From assembly GCA_977016875.1 (NCBI GenBank), contig CDRNST010000114.1, positions 372,001 to 436,000 of the forward strand: a DNA stretch of 64,000 nt, given 5' to 3'. The stretch comes from Pavona decussata. Its lineage: Eukaryota. This document shows positions 10,276 through 22,459 of this stretch, piece after piece. The notes under the pieces are model-generated. The model was not told the origin of the DNA. It saw nothing but the letters and a program-made list of their open reading frames with translations, and ran no database searches. How positions within the stretch are numbered: the stretch's first letter is position 1; the number at the start of each line of letters is the position of its first letter. Made by a program: the position numbers and the translations under genes.

Positions 10276-11840
10276 TTTAATGTTCGCGTTGAGTATCCCT
10301 GTTTAAAATATAATAAATTAAAAGAATCTCAGTTTTTTTCGAAGCAAATAAAGGTCACGTTTATTTTACATGTCCTTATTACTATTTGTTAAAAATATAT
10401 AAGGTAAAACTTAGAAAGGAATTCAATCGCTATTATCGTTATTCCACTTTTATCGACTATTTTCAACAATTTCAACTTTATCGCATTATTAATTTAATTC
10501 GTCTGTAAATTTGCGTAAAGGTCGAAAGTTTATGTAATTCATAACATGTTTCCGCAATTCTATACTGCGGTCAATTTCGCAACGTGAATAGGCTTATTCG
10601 GGAGCCTCGGGGGTAAAGCAAGAAGCTACAGCATGTAAAATTATGCCTTCCCGAGACTCGACATAATTCAAAGTTAATTTTTTTGCTAATCAAATAAAAT
10701 AATAGTACTCATATTCAAAACAGTGACTTCATAGATTTCTTTGTTTTTTTATTTTTTATTTTTTTATTTCCACATGTATTATTTACATTTATGTGTACAG
10801 CGCCGAATACTGCGCAACAGTCATCCTGACTTAGTCCCATAGCAGGAAGTTCAGAGACATGGGTATCATGATATTAACATGATTTATTACGATCAAACTA
10901 AATTAAATTTAATAAATCAAAGGTACGTACAATCGGAAAAACAAACGAACATACACTATTTGTTCCTGTGTTGGAAAGATACAGTGACTTCACAGATAAA
11001 AGATGGCTAAGTTACTTGAATGGTAGTGAAACTAGGCCAGTTGCGTCTTAACTGAAAAGAAAAAAAAAACACTGACAATGGTCTTTTGGTCTTAACATTT
11101 GTTCATACATCACACACCGGATGCAGTTTTTAAAAAAACGTTGTCATCACCAGTTTCAATTTAGCGTCGATTTTATTAGGTTTACAATATCATAGACTTG
11201 ACTCAAGTCGTCTTCTTATGCGCCGAAAGATTGACCGACAAGGGACTCGACTCCCACGAAAAACGGACTTTGAGAAAGTCTAACAGTATTATTGCTGTAA
11301 TTATACTTTTATTTACAAGTGAACCAAGGGAAAAAGTTCTCCCGGATGACACCCGACCTCAGTAAATGGCCATTTTCACTGATCACTTTAATGTAAATTC
11401 CAAATTTAACGTCAGCTGAAACTTTGCGATTTCACTCACAGACTCAAAAGTTAGAAGAGTCTACTCGATTGCTTTCATGTGAATGGTTCCACTTGAGGAT
11501 ATCACCTGGTTCAGAATCTCAAGTGGGGTAACTTATCCAGTAAGAAGAGACTTGAAAGCAATCTTAATACCTTTAAATCGCAAATACGAAATTGTGATTC
11601 ATAAAGCCTCTTAAAAGATGGTTGCACTGGCTGCTATCTATGCAATTCCTAGACTTCTTGTTTACAATACTATTTTCGCCGAAAAAATATTTGTCCTCGA
11701 TCTTTTGTCACTATTTTGATGTACTTTGAATAGACTTGTTTATATGTATATTTTTTTTAATCTTTTATCATTTTTATACATTGTACAGTTTTAGATTCTC
11801 AGTTACGCTTAGTTAGGTGTCCCCTATTAGCTGAGGGCTT

Positions 11841-11990
11841 NNNNNNNNNNNNNNNNNNNNNNNNNNNNNNNNNNNNNNNNNNNNNNNNNNNNNNNNNNNN
11901 NNNNNNNNNNNNNNNNNNNNNNNNNNNNNNNNNNNNNNNNNNNNNNNNNNNNNNNNNNNNNNNNNNNNNNNNNNNNNNNNNNNNNNNNNN
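11841..11990. other. Assembly gap (150 N)
   Basis: Run of N characters. Confidence 1.
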
Positions 11991-12128
11991 ATAAACAGGA
12001 CCATCAGGAAGCAATGCTAATTATCTTTCAACTTTCATATGAATGGTCACATTGAAAAATTTAAATCCACAGAGTCAAAAATAGAACCAGTCCAGAAGAA
12101 ATTATTCTATAGATGATGCCAAAAGTCA

Positions 12129-13064
12129 TCAAAACAACTTCAGTAGCTTATTTCGGATATCCTTCTTCAAAAATAAACATATAACTGGGTTAACAGCGGG
12201 ATTTACAAAAGTCAGTAAAGACGTAGCGAGCAGAGCTTCTTGGGAAACTGAGCACATTTTGAAATGCTTGCAAGAAGTCAGCACTATGGAGAAAACCCAG
12301 CAAAACACAAAGAAAAATACCAAGGTGCCAATAACTCCCAAGGATTTCTCCGCTCTTAAGTTTGAGCGATGGCCGCTGTCGTTTGAAGCCTGTGTCATCA
12401 GGTTGAGATGAGTCCTTTGGAGTTGAATTTGTCTGGAGTGCCTTCGGCGTATGAAAAAAATACGACCATGAACAAGTACCATTATTGCGCAAGGAACGAG
12501 CTCAAAGACAACAAGTTGTACGGCGCGAAATACTTTGTTTATTTCCACTATGGCGGAGCTAGCTTCGGCAAACATCCAGCAGAAAGGGACTGCTGAAATG
12601 ATAGCTGGAACTACCCAGGCTAAAATAATCCATAGTTTAACTCTTGGGACGACCATGAGGTGATATTTCATTGGAAATTCTACTGCAGCCAAGCGATCAA
12701 GGCTCATCACACAAACGTTAGAGATGGAGGCGTATATGACGAGATCCGAGAGAATTAAGCGAACGTTGTCGTCACAGGATAGCCAAAGGTTGCAAATCAT
12801 GCAAGACGGGATAACATAAACTCCTGACAAGACGTTAGACACCGCAAGCGACAGGATAAACCAGTTGGCCGAGTGATGGAGGCTGGGTGATTTGATGATG
12901 ACAAACGCAAGGAGTCCGTTAGCTAAAAGGATCAGAAGTTCTATCACCCCAGAGGTAATCCAAAACCACAGAATCGTTACCTTTTCCGAGGACGTTTCTG
13001 GCTGAAGAGTTCCGTTTGTGGGATTTGAATCTTTGTCTAGTTCAAAAGAACGGAACTGATCCAT
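12129..13064 (-). CDS. Intronless class A (rhodopsin-like) GPCR, orphan amine/adenosine-receptor-like, 311 aa
   Basis: Seven hydrophobic segments; N-glycosylation sequon NGT; TM1 LANG, TM2 FILSLAVSN, TM3 SLDRLAAVEFPMKY, TM4 AWVVP, TM5 ELVP, TM6 FVFCW, TM7 NPAVNPVIC, helix-8 KKDIR. Confidence 0.93.
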   Translation of the reverse strand: MDQFRSFELDKDSNPTNGTLQPETSSEKVTILWFWITSGVIELLILLANGLLAFVIIKSPSLHHSANWFILSLAVSNVLSGVYVIPSCMICNLWLSCDDNVRLILSDLVIYASISNVCVMSLDRLAAVEFPMKYHLMVVPRVKLWIILAWVVPAIISAVPFCWMFAEASSAIVEINKVFRAVQLVVFELVPCAIMVLVHGRIFFIRRRHSRQIQLQRTHLNLMTQASNDSGHRSNLRAEKSLGVIGTLVFFFVFCWVFSIVLTSCKHFKMCSVSQEALLATSLLTFVNPAVNPVICLFLKKDIRNKLLKLF

Positions 13065-14159
13065 TGGAAAGCTGGTGTCAAAGAGTTCACTTCTTTGGTT
13101 GTTTTGTACAAGATCTGCAATGAGCGTATGTTTTGGTCCGTCCGATGAAAGTAAATAAGTCTATTACACGTATTAAATTGTCCCCGAATTCCGGCTGAAA
13201 TCTTGAACCGTTAAATTTGCGTAAAAGACCACATATTAAAAACACTTAGAAGTGTTCAAGATGCTTCTCTAGAGAAAAGGATCTAATTCTCCAAAGTATT
13301 TTGAGATTTATCCTTCAAGAGCCAAACCTTATAACTTCAAATGAAACTTAATGCGATGTATATTTTTTTCCAACGTGACAATTAAAAATCGTGGTTTTAC
13401 AAATAAACTGCCTCTAAGGTTCATATTGTATTTGCTTTGACATATCAGTCTTGGTGACACTTAGATGAGAGATGAACAAAATGCATAAAAAGGTTGGTCG
13501 GTGTGTTAATACGGTTGAGATGTCTTTATATTTGAAAATGTCAGTGATGAAACATTACATATACCCTCAGTTTATAAGGACAAACTGCTAAAATACACAA
13601 GAAAGGCTTGTTTTATCGAGAATGCTTTCAGACGGCATTATTAGTCCAAGAATCAACCATCACCAAGCACATATATAATTTTCATCGCTCTTTCAGACAG
13701 TCCAAAAGGCCTTGACGTGTTTACTTTTCAATCTTAAAATCACTAAAACAGGAAATTGGTCAGACGTACATACATATCACATAGTATACATAGTATGTTA
13801 TACCTTGTCTTTATACATTTATGCATGTTTTAATTAACGGTCACTCCGCCCGGTACAGTTTCCTGATAGCGAAGGTTATTAAAAAATCCCAATGGTATAT
13901 ACAGATGGGCAGCAAGACAAAGAAAACTAACTTTTCGGCTAAAAGCTTTTTGAACCAATAAATACAATATTTGCATAAGAGAAAAGCCTTGGTAAACACA
14001 CATTTCAGGTGGTTTTAACGTCGAATAAAGATATCGAGTAAAGCGGGGCAGAAAAGAAACAACTTTTAAAGGCGCGTACGCTGCTTCACAAAGCAATTTT
14101 TCTGCAACTTGATACTCACATTGTAGTGCAAACTGCAGAAAACTTGTTACACAGGGCAT

Positions 14160-15890
14160 TGGTTACCACCATATATGCCTTGATCTTCTTGGGATCCCAT
14201 AGCTCTCCACGATCTTCCATAGGGTTTCCCTGTGAACACTGTCGAGGTCAACGATACATATAAACAAGCCTGGAAAACCATTCAAGATCTTGTTCCACAA
14301 TGTTCCTAAGTACAAAGATCTGCTTTATCGTGCTCCTTTCCGAAAACCTGCATGTCCTTCCTTAACCTTACGTCAACACCATCTGACTTTCTCCTGATCA
14401 ACACCCTGCCCTTCACTTTTGCAACAACAGACAACAGGAAAATCCCCCTCCAGTTCCCGCACTTGGTGAAATCCTCTTTCTATGCCAGCCCGATAATCAG
14501 ACTTTTACTCCAGGCCGCAGGAACAGTCTCACTTTACCATCTTGTACAGAAAAGCTTATGAAGTATATTAACTGTTGTTGATACGTTAGCTTTGAGGAGC
14601 TCTGTTGTTACTTTGTGTACTCCAGGTGCATTACCTTTCACCATGCTTACGCCTAATGATAGCACTCCTAATCTCCTGATCTGACTCTTAGTGAGATGGG
14701 GCCTGAAGTTATTTCCTCTATCATCGTCGTTTAGCAGAGTATTCCAGCCACTTGCACTTGTGCACTAGTGTACTTTCCACCTTTGTCGCATTTCCTCTTT
14801 TTTTACCAAGACAATTCCGTCCATCTTTCTCACCATAACAATTCTCTTTGGTGACTCACAACATAACCTCCTTGTGGCAGCATAGACCCCCTTCATGTGT
14901 CCGAGCTTCGCAGCATTTTCCGTTTCTTGAGCTCTACCATAAGCCCATTTTCTTTTGTCCTTTCTCTGGCTTCTGTTGACTACTAGATCTTTTTTCCTGT
15001 AATCCTCTTGCATCCTTGTTCTAAGTTTCTCCGACCCTGCACCACTAATACTACTTACCGTTTGAGCTGTCTCCTGTCAGCTTCAATTGCTTTCAAGCTG
15101 TCAGAGCTGATCCATTTCTTACTTTTCTTTGTTCTGTAGTCTAGCACACCCTTGACTGTTTCACGGCATCTTTGATCCGCTTCCATTTTTTCTCTATCTC
15201 ATTTTCGTGTACTACGCTTCCTTCGTCTTTGCTAGGCAGCTGAACCTGCTCGAGTACCACGCGAATTTGATGTCATTTCAAAACCCAAAAATGTTTGTCC
15301 GTCAACAGAAACATAAAATAGTTGTCTAGTTTTGTTATAAATTATCACCCCAGTGCAATTAAACTGTCGTTTAGTGCCTCTGGCTAGAGACAGAGTAGGT
15401 TGGAATGGTTTGAAACTTAAAAAATGTTAGGCTAACGTTTCTCAGGTTCTCGCATTTTTGTTTTCAAAATGCGCGAGAACAGATCACGAGTTGTTCTTTT
15501 CAAGAATTGAGTTGATCTCTTTCCTTTTGTTGTTCTAAAATTGTTTTGTAGCTATGTGAAGGTCTTATTTCACCATGCATTTTTAACCAAACAGGTCAAA
15601 AACCCCATGAGACTTCCCCTTTAACTCTACCCGAAATGTTTCCCTTGATTCAGGCATATTCAGCTTGCTGGTGTCATACCTCCTAACTGCGTGCACCCTT
15701 TTTGTCTGTTCTGCTAAGCTTTAACAGTATCTTGGCAATCATTAAGTTGTGGTCGCTCACGACATCTGCTCCTCTATACGCCCTGACATACTGTCTGACA
15801 TCATGCACTGATTGTTCAAAAAATGCAGTTAATGGCCACATCTGTGTCCTAGTGCGGGAACACAGTTGACATGATTACAAGATTGCGTAG
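14160..15890 (-). mobile_element. Degenerate RTE-clade LINE (endonuclease C-terminus, linker and RT N-terminus), interrupted at ~15250-15600
   Basis: Minus-strand translations YRGADVVSDHNLMIAKILLKL (AP-endonuclease SDH motif, ~15720-15780), ORF 14765..15013 linker, TKCGNWRGIFLLSVVAKV and DSVHRETLWKIVESYGIP (RT); frameshifts and stops present. Confidence 0.88.
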
Positions 15891-16687
15891 TGGTTTCTTA
15901 AAGCCCCTGATATCGCGGGGAAAATAAACACTTGCAGTGGTAAAGCCCAGTTGTTTAAGTTATCGATTCTGAAGTAAGCATAAAAACAGTTTTTGAAGGC
16001 AATTTCATGTGGAGCCCTGACTTCATTTTTGAGGGTGAGGGGTGCTCTTGGCGAACCCTACGTCGATAACTTGAAAAGCTTTGAGGCCATGACGATAAAA
16101 TTTGTACAGTTTATCCTTTGAGGTCCGCGAAATGATACGATGACGTCATACAAAGTCAACCGCAGCCTCGCTAGGCGCATAGCTATAAAATGGGCCATTT
16201 TTCTTGCAATTTTTCTCACAATTTACCTTCCTTCACTCACAGAAACCGAAAATGTTTCTGGTGAACTGTCTATAAGGACAGACAGGAGAATCAACTGCCG
16301 ACAGGTGCCGACAAACATTTCTTCTTGTCCGCCATTTTGACTTCAATTTTCCTGCGCTCTTTAGTATAGTTGATTCGAGTGACAGGTTAAGCCTAACCTA
16401 TGAAATTTTGCTTGTAAACCCGGGCTATCTTTAATACTCTAGCTAGGGTAACCCTAGCACTAGGGTTACCCACCTTCCTTGTAAACAGGCCCTAAGTTTA
16501 GCTTGCTTTTGGGATGGGCACACGCAGATTTATACCTTCACGTTGAAAGAAAGGGGTGCAAATGGCAAGTAGCCCCTTTACCTATCGAATAAGTGATCAA
16601 AAACTTAGAATCAAAAATTACATATTATTAAACCAGTCCTTTTTATTCAGAATCATCAGTTACACTTTTAACTAACAAAGCTATATT

Positions 16688-17163
16688 CTGGGTTGCCATT
16701 CATCAGGATAAAAAAGAATTCCTGACTTTTCACTGACAAAATTCAAGACACATCCTTTGGCAGTAAAGCTGCCGATGAAGCCGCAGAAATCAATAGACCC
16801 CTCTCCAAAATGGCGGACGAAAATTCAAATAAGTTCAAATTTCATCTTACATTTCCTAAGCTGATATAACACCTAATATGCTGAAACTTTAGAAGGTTAC
16901 TAAAGTAAAGGTGCTCTTTCCAGTGCTGGTATCACTTTTTCATTGAGTTTAATTTTAACGCACTCAAATCTGTTCCCGCCATTTTGGAGAAGGGTCTATT
17001 CCTTCATAAATATTTTGTGAAACGACATTATATGTACCTTTATCAACAAGGAAACTCTGACCTAAATGCAGAATTATCTGAGTTGATACAAAATTCCCCA
17101 ACTTTTCACAGGCCTTGAAAAAGTACGTTTTTACCGCGACTTTTCCCTGACAGTGGCAACCTT
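16688..17163. mobile_element. hAT-like MITE hosting a nested MITE
   Basis: Ends CTGGGTTGCCA / TGGCAACCTTG with subterminal CCTGAC/TTTTC repeats; TSD not clearly preserved. Confidence 0.55.
16792..17000. mobile_element. Nested MITE
   Basis: TIR AATAGACCCCTCTCCAAAATGGCGG / CCGCCATTTTGGAGAAGGGTCTATT. Confidence 0.85.
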
Positions 17164-17487
17164 GTTATTCTTATTATCTAGTTATAAAAATTAAAAAAAG
17201 TATTTTCTTTTGTTTACTTTCAGCTATCAGTATTTTGACAATGACTGTCTGATTTTGTTTCACCACCTTCTCAGAAGGTCGTACGAGTCACGAAAGCATT
17301 TAGTGAATGAACGACTTGTAAATGTGAGAAACATATTCGGTGTTCATATTATCGTGGGGTAAATATGTTTACGTACAGTTAAAAATTAATATGAATTCTT
17401 TTTTGCTAGCATTTTCCAAAAAATGACAAAAAGGAACTAAGTTGATGAAGTTAATGGGCCACCGCAACCAGATACAAAAGCTTACAC

Positions 17488-17660
17488 TTTGAGCGACAGC
17501 ACTTCGTCAGGGCGATACGCGCTGCAGAAAGATTAACGCCAGAAACGCTAGATTCTCTATTTCATTACTGTGGCCAAATTAGCTTATCAGCTCAGTTGAT
17601 AAAACCAAGCATTCGTTTTCACTTCCCCACCAACGCAACACCACTGTTTGTCTGGAAACT
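17488..17660. repeat. Degenerate copy of the hammerhead-bearing repeat
   Basis: Shares GTTGATA.AACCAAGCATTCGTTT with 2005-2028; minus strand 17510-17488 reads CTGACGA-AGTGCTGTCGCTC-AAA (core G missing). Confidence 0.6.
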
Positions 17661-18359
17661 TTGCCAGTTCTAGTTAATATAAGGTAGAAGGTTTCAACTA
17701 ATTTCCAAACAGCGAGAAGGGGGTTGAAAGAACGAGGCGCAGCCGAATTTTTTAGCTTCTTAAACAATTTTTTAAACTTCTAAAACAATAACAATTCATG
17801 AAGAATTTCCAGCAAAAGTTCACCAGATTTTATGACAATAAAGATCACATTTCGAAACCTCTTTCACGGTAGTGATTTCCTTTGTTTTCTCTTCATGAAT
17901 CACGTAACTATAAACATTGCCTTAAAGTGCACCTAGCCCCTTAATTTTTTTTTCGCTTAAATAAATCTTTGCCATGCGCACCTGCTATCTACGTTTGTGT
18001 CATTTATAATCAATGACCATAAAACAGACAGCCCAGGTTCTCCATAACAAAATGGTAAATAAAGCTTGAACAAGCACAGAACAAGCCATTAATTGAAGTG
18101 GACTTGCAGAGTTTTTTTTCTTTGTTAAGCAACCGCGATCAATATGTCGAATACTGAAGAACACCACCATTTCACTGTTCAATCAGGTTCCTGTTTATGT
18201 ACAATCCTGAAATGGCGCAACACTGAAACCAAACCAGTTATCTACAAAGGCTTTGGTCAGAAAGGGAAAACATCCGATCTGACATATTCGTTTCTTATAT
18301 CAACAGAAGCACTAACGCTGAACGAAACGTATTCAGTTCTTGTGTGAACACAAGTCCGA

Positions 18360-21300
18360 TTAAGCGCATTCTTTTGTCATTATGGCTGCTCGCGATTTGA
18401 CGCCCTTTCTCACGATCTTCTTCTTTCGTCCTGGTTTGTTACACTTGACTTTCTCTGCATTCTCTTCTTTTGATTCTTCCTTTTCCTTATCTTCGTCAAT
18501 GACAATGTCAGCCTTTTCTCCAGTTTCCTTTTCTGTTTTCCTTAGTCGTCTAATGAATGTAGCTTCCAGACTGAAGAGAAGTTTCTTTTTCCAAGGGATT
18601 GCCTCTTTCTTTATCCTTTCGCGAGTATATAAAATTTTTTTGCTCAGTTCTGACACAGTAAGTTTTCTCCGCGGTGACTGCTGTTTCCTCTCAGCTTCGT
18701 CAACCTCGACACACTCCATTGGGCCCTTTACTTCGATAGTTAATTCTTTTGACGGCGAAGAAAGATACTTCAATAGCGTCCATTTTTTAACATTGCTATA
18801 TAAGTTGGCTGCGTTTAAACTTTCCTGCTGTGAACTATAATCCTTCTCTGCACGATACGTGACATCTTGAACATCTTTAACCGTATCCACTTGCGACCGA
18901 TTAACAAGGTTGTTTGTATGGCTTGCTTTAACGATCTTGCGTGGTTTGCCTGGCTGAAAATTACTATCTTCATTAACGTTCACAGTCAGCTTTTGCAGCA
19001 GGTCACTCCAGTACTTCTTATCAGTGGCCGAGAAGAGGTTACTTTCCTTCAGGGCCTCATCTTCTGTCACAATGGAATGTACAGCCACAATTCTGGGCAG
19101 AGCATTGTGATCGATGGCATAACCACCGCATCCAGAGTCTATATTGTCCCAATCACTTCCAGAGGGAAGGGGTGGTAGATTACGTGAGTCAGAACAAATT
19201 TGCTGAACTTGCAATGTGTCTATCGCTTGGTCGCAGTCTCCAGAGGTAACGCGTGGTTCTATGGTATGAATAGGCGACGTGTTATTTTCACAATTGGGTG
19301 TGGGCAATTTGCGATTAGAGGAGTGATCCTCCTGTCCTTGGTACCTCATTAGTTCGCCCATTGGTTCTTGGTTATGTGGACATTGGACTACGGTCGTTTC
19401 ACTAGTTGAAAATCGCCTCTTTTGCTGTCTGTGGTGTTCGTCGCATGGTAGGTCTATTGGGATTTGATGACCTTCAAACCTTTCGGTGTCAGTTAACTTG
19501 GAGTGATAGTGGGTAGATGGCCTTTTCAGCTCCTCTTGAAATTTAACCCTTACGACATCAATGGGATCAAGAGAGACGTCCTTTTCATCGTTGAAATCAA
19601 ACCTGGGGCGATCGTTGGACCTGTTTTGGTCCTCAGATAACTTAACTCTGCGTTTCTGGAGTTCATTTAGACTGATAACACCACTGCTGTTAACGGAATC
19701 CTCGCGCGCCGTCAGGGAACTCTTTCCATTTTGATCCTGACGCAGCATCTTGACTTTTGGATTGACGGGGTTGGCTACCGGCGACGATTTCCTACATTGC
19801 TCACGAGATACGTCATTATTAAAACTCGATGTAGCATTTTGACTTGGATCTGAATACCTAGGCGTATGAATTCTATCACATGACTGCTGTCTTAACAAGA
19901 GCTGATTTTGTCGGTTGGAAGGCATACCACTACCGTGTTTTCCACTTCCACTGCTCAGATTTGACCTTTGTAGGGAGGTTGGTCTTGCAAAGGTCATGGT
20001 GGTTCGTGTTTGATCCATTTCAATGGTTTGTTCACTTACATGCCGTTCACAAGGTAATTTGTTTAAGTTTGACTTCGTGCTATCATTTGGCATGGATTGG
20101 AAAGATGCCCTTACATCCACTTGTGTAGCGCTTTTACTACTGACGCCATGAGAGGAAACAGTGGACATTCCATCTCCATTTTTTTGGACGTTGTGGCTGG
20201 TTTGATCTCCATCACAAACTACAAAATCACTCTGCTGATACCGCCTCTTTGTGGGGCTGCAATTCGGAACAGCATCATACTCGAATTCATTTAGACTGAT
20301 AACACCACTGCTGTTAAAGGAATCTTTGCGCGCCGTCAGGGAACTCTTTCCATTTTGATCCTGACGTAGCGTCTTGATGTTTGGATTGTCGGGGTTGGCT
20401 ACCGGTGACGATTTCCTACATTGCTCACGAGATAAGTCATTATTAAAACTCGATGTAGTATTTTGACTTGGATCTGAATACCTAGGCGTATGAATTCTAT
20501 CACATGACTGCTGTCTTGACAAGAGCTGATTTTGTCGGTTGGAAGGCATACCACTACCGCGTTTACTTCCACTGCTCACATTTGACTTTTGTAAGGAGGT
20601 TGGTCTTGCAAAGGTCATGGTGGTTCGTGTTTGATCCATTTCAATGGTTTGTTCCCTTACATGACGTTCATAAGGTAATCTGTTTAAGTTTGACTTCGTG
20701 CTATCATTTGGCATGGATTGGTAAGATGCCCTTACATCCGCTTGTGTAGCGCTTTTACTACTGACGCCATAAGAGGAAACAGAGGACATTTCATTTCCAT
20801 TCGTTTGGACGTTGTTGCTGGTTTGATCTCCATCACAAACTACAAAATCACTCTGCTGATACCGCCTCTTTGTGGGGCTGCAATTCGGAACAGCATTATA
20901 CTCTGCGAATTTGTTCTTGAAGCCTTGTTCACGAGGCTTTTCACTTTGCATCAGTTGAGTTTTGTAGGAGGAACCTTCTGGCTTGTGAAACTTATCAGTT
21001 GAAGCATGTGACTTTAAAGTGAGATTTCGAGTATCGTCGCATGATTTTGACCTACCCCTGTGAGCGTTTGTTTTTGATGGAGGATAGTACAGTAACTGAG
21101 GGTGAATCACATCATTCGGCATAGATGAAGAATGCTTAAGCTGCCTGTGCGGCTGGCGTTCGAATAATTCAGTGTGCCATTCTCCTTGTTCCAAGGATGA
21201 CATTGCTGGGTACTTCGCATTGTCATCATTGATTGCTGTCTTGTTGTCCGAGGAAACGCCACCTTTTTCTCTGCAATCTTTTGGTGAGGTGTTAAGAGTT

Positions 21301-22459
21301 TGTTGCCGAGTCAGGGTCATAGTCTGGCGTTTCTTGCCTTGAGGCGAATTTGGACCGCCTTGAGATACATCACCATCACAACAATTATCATTCCGTACCA
21401 TTGCACTGTCGTGTTGTAGTTTTGCAGAGAATGACAATCGACGCTTTTGATGCGAGTCTTCGTTCATGGCCATGCGATATCTGGTTTCTTCCAAAGGCGT
21501 CCAGTGGTGAGTTGATCTGGTACTGCATTCCATCTCAACATCCGGCTTGTTGGGTTGTTGAAACCAAGTATAGTCATCTTCACAACCTTTATGCCCGCCG
21601 TCACTTGAGGTTGATTCGTCATTCTGATTATTATTCAGAGGTGAAGTGTCACGCTTAGCATACTCACTGGGAGTGTTCTTCTTCTGCCGACCCTTTACTT
21701 TCCTATAAGTACCAACCTCAGCACTTGGTTCACTTTGAAAGCCACTCATCGGAAATTCTTCACGTCTGATGGAAGATTCGGCTACGAAAACGTTCGTCAG
21801 CCCTTCGTCCGACTTAGAAATCTCTCTAGTCGTGTCGGAATATTTCTTAAGACTTTTATCCGTTGTGCAAAATTTCGTTTCAGCCGGGTCTTCCAAATGA
21901 GGTGTTTTGTGCTTTTTATCGTCGTTTCCACTGTTTACCTCGCATTTTCGAATAAGCGGAGGTGGTGAAGCCAATGGTTTGCGTCGTGCTGTTCGTTTTT
22001 TCTGTGAGACCTTTGACGCTGCCTTCTCTCGAGAATTCTTTGTCATCGTCTTTAATTTGCCTCCGTCGATTCGTGGCCTCTTTGGGTAAGGGTAATGATC
22101 AACAGAATGGCAGATTTGGGTACAGCTATCATAAAAGGTCATGGGGCAAGTCGAAAAATTGTAATGAAACCTCTGCTGAAAATGAACAGTGTCTTTTGCT
22201 TCCATCGGCATATACGTTGGGCGTAGGACAGGCCAGTTACGGTTTTGTAAAGTACCGTGGACATTTGGATGATGAGGGGTGCCAGGTATTCCCGTATTTG
22301 GATACACAGACGGTAAATACGACGTAGATGAATGCGCAGGAGGAATGCTGAACGCCGATTTGACATTTTCATGTGGCGATGAATTGTATGTGGCTTGCCC
22401 CACAGTAGGTGCGGCTGCATACGGTGAACAATACATTCCTGGAACAGGCTGCTTTCCAC
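18360..22459 (-). CDS. Gene B, 4.1-kb terminal coding exon (uncharacterised Ser/Gln/Asn/Lys-rich protein, ~1407 aa in total)
   Basis: 1358-aa ORF extended to acceptor AATTCACAG| before 22459 (phase 1, GGKQPVPG-MYCSP...); basic NLS-like patches PKRPR, KKRTARRK, RKKK. Confidence 0.93.
19662..20903 (-). repeat. In-frame tandem duplication within gene B (period 624 bp, two copies of ~207 aa)
   Basis: 19662-20282 aligns to 20286-20903 with about 30 substitutions and one 3-bp indel by manual count. Confidence 0.97.

Noticed and set aside
11799-12014. ORFs spanning the N run
   Set aside because: Artefacts of the assembly gap.
14765-15013. Stand-alone 82-aa protein
   Set aside because: It is the endonuclease-RT linker of the disrupted RTE LINE.
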